From Eledone cirrhosa (Eukaryota), in NCBI GenBank assembly GCA_964016885.1, contig OZ024741.1, positions 131,874,001-131,938,000 of the forward strand: DNA of 64,000 nucleotides, in the 5' to 3' direction. Positions 1-64,000 of this stretch are shown here, in pieces. The first letter of the stretch is position 1. Each line of letters begins with the position of its first letter. A program made the translations under genes and the position numbers. The notes beneath the pieces were generated by a model. That model searched no databases. It worked only from the letters and a program-made list of their open reading frames with translations, and had not been told where the DNA came from.

Positions 1-27
1 ATATATATATATATATGTATGTATACA

Positions 28-58
<31 letters not shown>

Positions 59-401
59 ACATATGTATACATATATATATATATTCATATATATATATAT
101 GTATGTGTGTGTTTTTTGTATATATATGTATATATATGTGTGTGTGCATGTGTTTATGTGTGTGCGCGTATGTGTGTGCGCGTATGTGTGTATGTCTGTG
201 TGTGTGTATTTGTATATCAAGTATCTGGATAATTATTCTGAAATTAAATCCAAACAAGATTCAATGTAAAGCTATTAGAGAGAAGGCTAAATAGATGTGA
301 AGAGAATTGGACTTCACAAGTACATTTCATACAGAGAAACACTTAAAATGTAAGTATCTCACTTTGAATAAGATATATTCATAGTATATACTTTATATAT
401 A

Positions 402-489
<88 letters not shown>

Positions 490-491
<2 letters not shown>

Positions 492-810
492 TATGTATAC
501 GTACATACATATATGTGTACAGATGTACAGTAGTATGTATATATATACATACATGCACACACATATATATATATGTACGTATGGCTTTACCGAACATTTA
601 TTATAATGGTCGGTTTGTTTGTAAACAAACAGCCCGAATTACGCCGTACAGTGCTCGGCAACCATCGTCGCCCTTTTGTTCAACACTGACACAGGAACGA
701 TGTACTAGTTTCAAGCTTATTAGCTATCGTCAGCATCGTGTACCTTTCTGTCAGATGATTGAACGTTTGAAAGTATGCATAAGGATACTTAATATGCATG
801 CCTATGTATG
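490..810 (-). mobile_element. Penelope-like pseudo-LTR fragment (family A) adjacent to (TA)n
   Basis: Homologous to 18626-18930; contains a hammerhead motif; abuts a TA tract. Confidence 0.65.
697..739 (-). ncRNA. Minimal type I hammerhead ribozyme
   Basis: Minus strand reads ACGATG-CTGACGA-T-AGCT-AATA-AGCT-T-GAAA-CTAG-TA-CATCGT: 6-bp stem I, intact core, palindromic stem III, GUA cleavage triplet. Confidence 0.85.
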
Positions 811-814
811 TCTC

Positions 815-1120
815 TTATCGACCCGGTAAGGATGAAAGGCAAAGCTAACTTCAGTGGGATTTGAACTCAGAAGTAAAGTGCAATAACTCTATTCTGCAAA
901 GCATAGCGTCACATGTTCTATTGATACTGCCAAACCACCACCCTACGGCTAAATTTAAGGGTAAATAATTGTTTCTATTTTAGGCACAAGGCCAGCAATT
1001 AGCCAGTACATTACTGGTACTTTATTTTATCGACCCCGTAAGGATGAAAAGCAAAGTTAACCTCGGCGGGATTTGAACTCAGATCATAAAGGGACGTAAC
1101 TCTATGCTTCAAAGCATGGA
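815..1120 (-). mobile_element. Two tandem tRNA-derived SINE copies (family 1)
   Basis: B-box (revcomp GAGTTCAAATCC) followed by core CTTTGCCTTTCATCCTTACGGGGTCGATAAAATAAAGTACCAG, shared with many copies in the window. Confidence 0.8.
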
Positions 1121-1234
1121 ATAATGAGTCTTGTTGATCTCGAGTTTGGCCTATTTATCTCAGGTTCATCAGGCGAAACTCCAGCGTAACATCACTCGCT
1201 ATCTAGCCTTAATAAAAGGAATATAATAAGATGA

Positions 1235-1333
<99 letters not shown>

Positions 1334-1721
1334 CGTGTATGTCTGTGACAGTGTGGTGAGTGTGAGTGTATGTGTCTGTGTTTGTAGAGTTCATTTTACC
1401 ACATTTATTTCACACATTTCTAGGAGATAAGTATTCACATAGACATATGACTGTAGTTTTGTGTTTATATGTATGTGGTTATGTATACGTGTATGTGGTT
1501 ATGTATACGTGTATGCGTGTGACTGTGCGATTTACTGTGTATGTCTGTGATGTAACTCTTTTACGTTGGTATTCCATTTCATTCTATATTTAGTCATATA
1601 ATTTTACTTTATCTATCTGTCATCGCTCCTCCCTCGCTTATGTCTCTTTATCTATATATCCATCTATCTTTTTTTACTATCTTTCTCACTCTCTCTCTCT
1701 CTCACGTACTTTCTCTCTCTA

Positions 1722-1769
<48 letters not shown>

Positions 1770-1776
1770 ACCACTG

Positions 1777-1819
<43 letters not shown>

Positions 1820-3402
1820 GTGTGTGTTAGTACACAGACAGACAGACACATATGCATGTATGCGTTTGTTTACTATATTCATTATTTATACTATCGGATT
1901 TCATGCAGAAGTGAATACAGAAAACAATATTGGATTTCTCTGAACAAGAATGTTTGGGATCAGATATCATATTAAACCTCGTGCTATTATATTGATTCTC
2001 CCATTTTACCCACCTCCTTGTATCCCCCTCCCCGTTCAATCGACCCGTCCACCACATCACAATCTCACATAATCAATGGCACATAACCACACGGATATAC
2101 ATACGCCTAGCGTTCTAGAGAATAAATCTTTTGTAGAAGGAAACAATTCCAAATCTATAACCTTCTGTGTTATTAGTCTGCGGCCGGAAATACGGAATAA
2201 CAACCGCGAGTCAATATATTCGCTTGATGTGTTCGAAAATAGAAACGAATTGGTTTGTGTTTTGTAAATATGGCAGCCTAATATTGCATCCAAATAGGTG
2301 TTGTGTGCTGTTATTTAAAGTTTGATTGCTGACGTCTGTTGTAAAATATGGTCGTTCCAAATATGTGCTATCGACTATTAAAGCTGCTTTTGATGTTGTT
2401 TTATTGTAGTTATTGTTTAGCCCCAGGTCATCTGGAATTGAGCAGTCCTGTGTTCAGATATACCAGCTGTTACTATACGTATTTTCATTTGTTGGCATAT
2501 TTCTGCAAATATGCTATCTATTGAGTATTTCCTATAACTTATAAAGACGGTAGTGTATGTATGAACAGATGGAGATTTGACTGCTTTATCTAGTAGATTC
2601 TGTGACGAGAAAGCTGGACGTGATAACAGTCAAATGTCCCTAAAATCCCAAATGTCCCTAAATTTGTCTTAAACAAAACACGTTATATAAGACACTGTAT
2701 ATAAGACAGAAGACGGGATTATCATGGGTGAAATACCTTTGATCATAAAACTCTTCAAAGATTGCTGCCCTGGCACTAAACAATAACAAGAACGACATCC
2801 ACATAGACGTTCCCTTTTAAGTTCTCTTTGACAATGTATCATTCCATGTGGCGATATATATAGTGCTAAGTATATATGTGATGTGTGTGTTTCCTTATTT
2901 ATATGTAGTTTATATGTGTATGTATGTATGTTTGCGTGTATTTACTTAGATTTGAGTGTTTGTATACGTTTGTCTGTTTTTACGTGTGATAAAATTTCCA
3001 ATTAAATATTCGATGTTCTGTCCAACGGTATTAATCCATTGTAAATTTACTTTCGAATATTAAATAGTTAATACGTTGTTTTTCTGATTCTACGAATTTG
3101 GTTACGAAAATAAATATAGCTTCCCGTTTTTGCTTCTGAAATAGATATATTGTTCACCTTTTCCCCAAACTAGATCATATTGTCTAACGAGTGCTTATAA
3201 AAGAGGTGCATCGTCCATCTTGCTCCCAAAATAGATGCCATTGTCCCCCGTGACTCACATAATAGTTTGCATTGTCCAGTACTCCTCCATAATATATACT
3301 GTCCCCTACGGCATACAAAATATATGGTATGCTCTGCAATCTTTTTATAGTGCATATGATGTCCTGCGACTTACACAACGTTTCTTTTTTCACAATTGTT
3401 CC

Positions 3403-3507
<105 letters not shown>

Positions 3508-4142
3508 TACTATATATATATATATATATATATACTAGTCTACGGATCACAAAAATATATTATTGGACAATGTGGCTTCTTAATATATATTTACCAGCTT
3601 TTATGAGCCACTAAATAGAACGTATTCTCCCCAACGGATCCATAATGCAAATCCATTATTCACAAAATACCTGTCATCTCGATTTAGGTTCCAATATACC
3701 TATATACTCCATGTACACCATGGGTCTCTAATGTAGTGTTTGGCCCCCAACAAGGTTCTAAATTAGGTGCAATGTCTAACTCGGTGCTGTGTTCATTTTA
3801 ACTCCGACATAGAAGTTTTGTCAAATATCGTTTTAAAATAAATTTTCCGATTTGGTTTTCTGTCATGTTAAATATGTCTAAAATGGTTGATTAGTTAAGT
3901 TTCTTTTAATTCTAGATGAATGTATGTATTTTATGCGTCGATATTTTTGTTTGTTTACTATTAATACTGCTTTGTATTTTGTGTAAATCTTGAGGTTTTG
4001 AATAATTTATTCATCATCCACGCTACTACCAACGTTGTAGAATCGCTAGAACACTGCCATAAATTCTTTTCTACATAGGTTCACTCATCTCTCTTTCTTT
4101 CTCTCTTTCTTTCTTTCTCTCTCTTTCACTTTCTTTTTCTTT

Positions 4143-4173
<31 letters not shown>

Positions 4174-4997
4174 TCTCCCTCCCTACGTAGATTCACCTCC
4201 CTCTTTTTTCTCTTTCCCTCTCTGTCTTTCTTTCTCATTACCTCTTTCCCGCTCTCTTTCATTCTTCTTCTCACTCGTTCTCTTTCTTTCCAACTTTATA
4301 GTTCGATTCATCTTTCTCTCTTTTTCTCTCCCCTTTTTCTCCCTCTAAGAGATTCACCTTTCTCTCTTTTTGTTTTCTATTTCTCTCCCACTCTCTCTGC
4401 ATTCTTCAATTAAAATCGCACCCAAGTCAACTTCACAAAGGGCAGTGGATGTAAGAATTAAGTAGACGTTTGACAAAATGCCATTCTTTTATTTGCTTCC
4501 TTCAAATCTTATTGTAGTCAATTTAAAAGAATGATTTATTCCCCATTGTTTTAGAGATATTGAATCGTCTGCTGGGATTGAGGTTTCATTTTGTGGGGAA
4601 TTTATTTTACTTGTGGCTTTTGACAACAATATCTGGAGGATTAGATATCATCTACCTGTCTCTATCGATTAGCATACGCAAGAGTACTGTCGTTTTGTCA
4701 TTCTCTGAGAACCTGTCTGGAGTATGTTTGAACCACTTATCTTCCGTTGACATTTCATAGTTCTGCCATCATTTTCAATGTATGAAAGCTCCATTTCTAT
4801 CAAGCCACTTGATGTGAGATTTTCTTTATTGGCTAAGACTGAGCAGCCAGAGTTAAATCCAATTAATTGCTTTCTCCCTAACTTCTACACATAGACCATA
4901 TCCATGGCTGTGTGGTTAAGGCATTCACTTCAAAACTACGTGGTTTCGGGTTCAGTTCTATTGAAAAGTGTCCTTTAGTATATCCTTGGGTTGTATA

Positions 4998-5029
<32 letters not shown>

Positions 5030-5070
5030 CGGGTATTTACCTGTCTACAGTAAATATTTTCATTGTACAA

Positions 5071-5133
<63 letters not shown>

Positions 5134-5279
5134 TTGTGTGTGTTAAAAAATGGCCCACGTGTCTAAGGCTTTTGAATATGAATTTCAAAACAGTGGGGCG
5201 AACAGGACAAATACAGCGCAAAAATGGACAGTCACATCTCAGTCAACTCCTGGAGATCACCACAGTTTCGAGGCGTCGC

Positions 5280-5316
<37 letters not shown>

Positions 5317-5638
5317 ACGTGTGTTTATGTCGAGAAACATAATTATTCGATGAATTAAGTAGTAGGCTTGGAAAACAATTACAATTAACCATATCTTTTT
5401 ATCCTCTCACGGCAGCGTTCCAGCATGGCCGTAGTTTAATGTCTGAAACTAGTAAAAAAAAAACAAAAAAAAAACAAAGAATAGAATATTTGGTAATTTC
5501 TTAATATATTCTGTTTCATTACATAGTTTTGGTGGTTTTTAACTAGAAATCTCATCCTCTTCAGCTACCAAAGATAGAAATAAACCATGTAAACATTTGG
5601 CCATGACAGTCCAGTATTAATGAAATATCGAACCTGTA

Positions 5639-5852
5639 CACGGTGTCTCAGAAGTTTGGCGTCCTTCTGGGATTACGTATGTGCAATTCATCTGCTATAT
5701 TTTGATATGACCACCCTTCACGTCCACTGAGACGTACCAATTCAATCCTTCCTTCTTCCGACACACTCATATTTAATCTGCGGGGTAAAACAATTTATAG
5801 TTAGTTGTAAATAGTGATATTTTCTACGTGTCCAGACTTTAGGGACACCCTG
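5639..5852. mobile_element. Tc1/mariner-type MITE
   Basis: TA on both sides; imperfect 21-bp TIRs CACGGTGTCTCAGAAGTTTGG vs (revcomp) CAGGGTGTCCCTAAAGTCTGG, 16/21 match. Confidence 0.65.
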
Positions 5853-5918
5853 TATAATACACATGATATATAATTTTGTAATCATTATCTAATATTCTCT
5901 TTTTTTCTTTTCTCACAG

Positions 5919-60026
<54,108 letters not shown>

Positions 60027-60553
60027 GGATATTACTCTTGTCATGAACACACAAACACATACACACACACATACATACAGATACATTGAATAAACCATGC
60101 ACATTCTTACACACAGGTACTGACACACATATTTGCGTTTATAAATATATATATATAAAGGATGCGTAAACAAACTGAAACCCAATCGGATGCACATACA
60201 CACGATAAACCAAGAATCAAGTATACAGTGAAGACAAAGCACACACACATACATACAGGCACACGCACGCAAACACACACACGTACGTACACACACAATA
60301 TTGTGAAACAAGCAACAAAGCGAAATCTAGTGAAATAATGGAAAAATATTGAAAAAGAAATTGAACTTAAAAAGAACATTAAAAAACAGTGAAACGTACC
60401 GAACTTGAATTTATGATCGTAGTAACTGAAATCTCCTTCAAATTCTTATATTATGCCTCCACCAATGTCACGGAAAGAAAGTAAAATTTTAAACGAAAAT
60501 ACTCAAACATCAGAGCAAAATATTAAAGGAAATACACACACATACCAACTGAC

Positions 60554-60660
<107 letters not shown>

Positions 60661-60936
60661 ATTATATATATATATGATTACTCATATATATATATATACA
60701 CACATAAACACGCGACAAAGAAATAATCTTGTGTTATTAAAGCGAAGAATTTGAAGAAATCGTTTGAATATTGAAAAATATTCCATTCAATAAAATATAC
60801 CAGAAAACTAACCGTGATGAGGATCATTAATATGATGATGATGATTATCTGTGGCGTAGTTATTGCCTAATAATAATAAAATCAACAACAACAGTAATAA
60901 TAATAATAATGATAATAATAATAACAATAATAATAA

Positions 60937-60967
<31 letters not shown>

Positions 60968-61102
60968 AATATTGATAGTCACAATAAGAACAACAAAAAT
61001 AATAAAGTATTGATAATATTCATAATAGTAATAATTATAAAGATGATGATGGCGCGCGAAAAACCTTGAAGGATGAAATTTTATTCCAATACCGGTTGCA
61101 AG

Positions 61103-61161
<59 letters not shown>

Positions 61162-61919
61162 GAAAGGATCATGTTCTGTTAAGGCATTTGGTGTATGCCC
61201 CTTTTTTAATTAAGTTCGAATGGACACCATATGTGATTTCGCCTATCATTATTTGTGGCGATTGCCCAAAAGTTTATCGGCAAAGTACTGCGTCGATTTG
61301 ATATGACTACGACAAAGATGTGACCTTGTGCCTATATTAGAAAGCATTGTTATTGTTATTATTGCGGAATTTGTTCCAGCTCTTTAAGTTCTGAGTTCAA
61401 ATCGAACTGAGATCAACTTTGCCTTCCGTTGTCAATAATATATACTACCAGTCAAATACTTTGGTCGATATATTCCTGTCAACGTGCCTATGTTAGAAAC
61501 AATTATTATTGCTAGTAAACAAACACATTGTGGTATTTGTGAGGGCATTTTAAATTCTACGTTCAAATCCAGCTTAGGTTAAATTTTCATTACATACATT
61601 TCAGATCGATAAAGTAAAATAACAGTCAAGTTCTAGGATTGATTAAATCACCTATTTTATTCTTCTGACTTTAAAACTGTATCAGAAATTCCTATTATAA
61701 AGTCTACCCTAATCATAGGTTAAGCTGGATTGCATATTCAATGTTTCTGAGTTTGCACCGCACAGGTGCAAACTGAATTCTTCGGCAAGGCGCACAACCA
61801 TACTTGGAAGAACTGGCTTCATAATGGCCGTAAGAACATTATTAGTTCTTCTACTACTACTACTACTACTATTACTACTACTACTATTATTATTATTATC
61901 ATTATTATTATTATTATTA

Positions 61920-61975
<56 letters not shown>

Positions 61976-62214
61976 TCCAAGCGTGGTAATTCACTGAAAG
62001 AGATCATACCTATGTGAGTTATTATAAACACATGAAAAAAGGTTCCGTGTTCAAAAAAAAAAAAAAACCAACACAACTTTACATGTGTCTTTCTGCAAAT
62101 CTGTCTATATCCATCTGTGTGTGTGAGCCTATGCGTGTGTATCAGTATGTTTATTTAGGTATGTATGTTGTATAAGAATGTTGAAACATCAAATAAATGC
62201 GTACACATATACAG

Positions 62215-62333
<119 letters not shown>

Positions 62334-62817
62334 CACATGTACATAACAAGGTATATGTGCAATATTCCACGTATATGTGTGTGTGTGAAAAATTCCAGTC
62401 ACGTGAGGACATTTAATCACGTGATGATTCTAGAGTGCCAAATTCGATTTTTCACTGCCATACCGCACCAGATGGATTTCTATCGAATCAATTATTTTGT
62501 GTATGTTCACACACAAACAAAACTTACATGTACACACACACATACACACACACTCATACTTACACACACACTCAAACACGAGCACTCAGATGAAAATACA
62601 TATACACATACATATGTATGAATGTATCACATATATGTGTGGGTGTTTACACATATACATATATATGTGTGTGTGTTTGTGTATTTGTGTGCCGGTCTTA
62701 TGTATGTGTTTTTTATGAGCGCATCCTTGAGAGTAGTGCGCACAAATGTTGTAAACGATTGCATGCGTGAATCATTCTCTTGGGCTATATACAAAATGTG
62801 CGTGCTAATATGTGTTG

Positions 62818-62848
<31 letters not shown>

Positions 62849-62879
62849 ACCATATATATATATATATATATATACAAGC

Positions 62880-62961
<82 letters not shown>

Positions 62962-63192
62962 TATACAGGTAGCCATGTATGTGATCCAAGTAAGTCTTCA
63001 TCTTTGATTTCACTTCGTAGTGAAAGTTGAATCTCAATTATTCTTTTCGTCTGAATCATTTTTTTTTTTTTGTATCTGTCGATTTTTCTCTATCTATATA
63101 TATCTTACATAATAATAATTTCATTTCAAACATCACGTACAACTATCTTATTCCCGTCAAAATTTTATGCATGAGTGTGTATTTTTTCAATA

Positions 63193-63229
<37 letters not shown>

Positions 63230-63354
63230 TTGTCCTGTAAAATAGAAACTTTTGATATTTTCCCTAATATTCTTATGCACAAAATCAACAGTTTTGTCAC
63301 AAAAAGAAGATTTCATTTCATTTTATTTTTGTTTGCACATACAACACACACACA

Positions 63355-63425
<71 letters not shown>

Positions 63426-63481
63426 AGGTGTATTATTGGTTGCCTTCAGATTTTCATTTTGATATATATATATATATATAA

Positions 63482-63540
<59 letters not shown>

Positions 63541-64000
63541 CGTAACTATATATATATATATATATATACGTATATATATTTCTTGTGTCTGTTTGACCAT
63601 AATACCATTTTTGCCATATATATATATATACGTCGCAATTTGAGAGAAAAATTAACTCTCTCAAAATCAAGTATACACTAATGTACGCATCTATTAGGTG
63701 TTATGTATCTTATTCACATTATATCAATGATGGTTTGATAAATCCAAAGAGGTTTGTATTTGAATATAATCTGTAGCAAATTTGTTATTTTCATCATATA
63801 CATATAGTTTCTATCACAAGCTACTAATCCTTTTTTTTTTATTTCTATCAATTAGTATAAATGTATCTTGTACAACAACATTCAGTAAAATGTGTTCGGA
63901 TGGAAAATGGCGAATTATTATTTGTTGATGTGCAATGTCCATGGATTACTTCCTCCGAAACTAATGTTAATATTTTGAATAAGGAACATTTATTCAATAT

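Noticed and set aside
3170-3400. Possible Tc1 transposase remnant (LFWEQDGRCT) on the minus strand
   Set aside because: Only a weak single-motif resemblance

Overview
AT-rich, microsatellite-saturated animal genomic DNA. The SINE families and repeat landscape suggest an octopus/coleoid cephalopod (inference). The window holds the 3' seven coding exons (5919-60026, + strand) of one SLC1A/EAAT-family glutamate/aspartate transporter gene; the 5' exons lie upstream. Nearly all of the window is intron of this gene, plus 3' UTR/flank. The introns contain many tRNA-derived SINEs, decayed RTE, L1/Tx1, R4/Dong and Penelope-like (GIY-YIG) retroelement fragments, a Tc1/mariner MITE, a 64-bp minisatellite and a 6-kb GAACACAAC(CAC)n array. 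The main unannotated signal is a set of short, mostly fold-back (palindromic) elements embedded in (TA)n tracts. They belong to several unrelated families and carry minimal type I hammerhead ribozyme motifs: about 8 with a full core, including a U3-A8 compensatory core variant, plus several half or degenerate ones. The inversion junctions repeatedly fall at or inside the ribozyme. The transporter itself has two unusual residues: Ser at the conserved TM7 Arg, and an ASCT-like NVEGD next to the EAAT-type Arg. All calls were made by eye; repeat boundaries are approximate.
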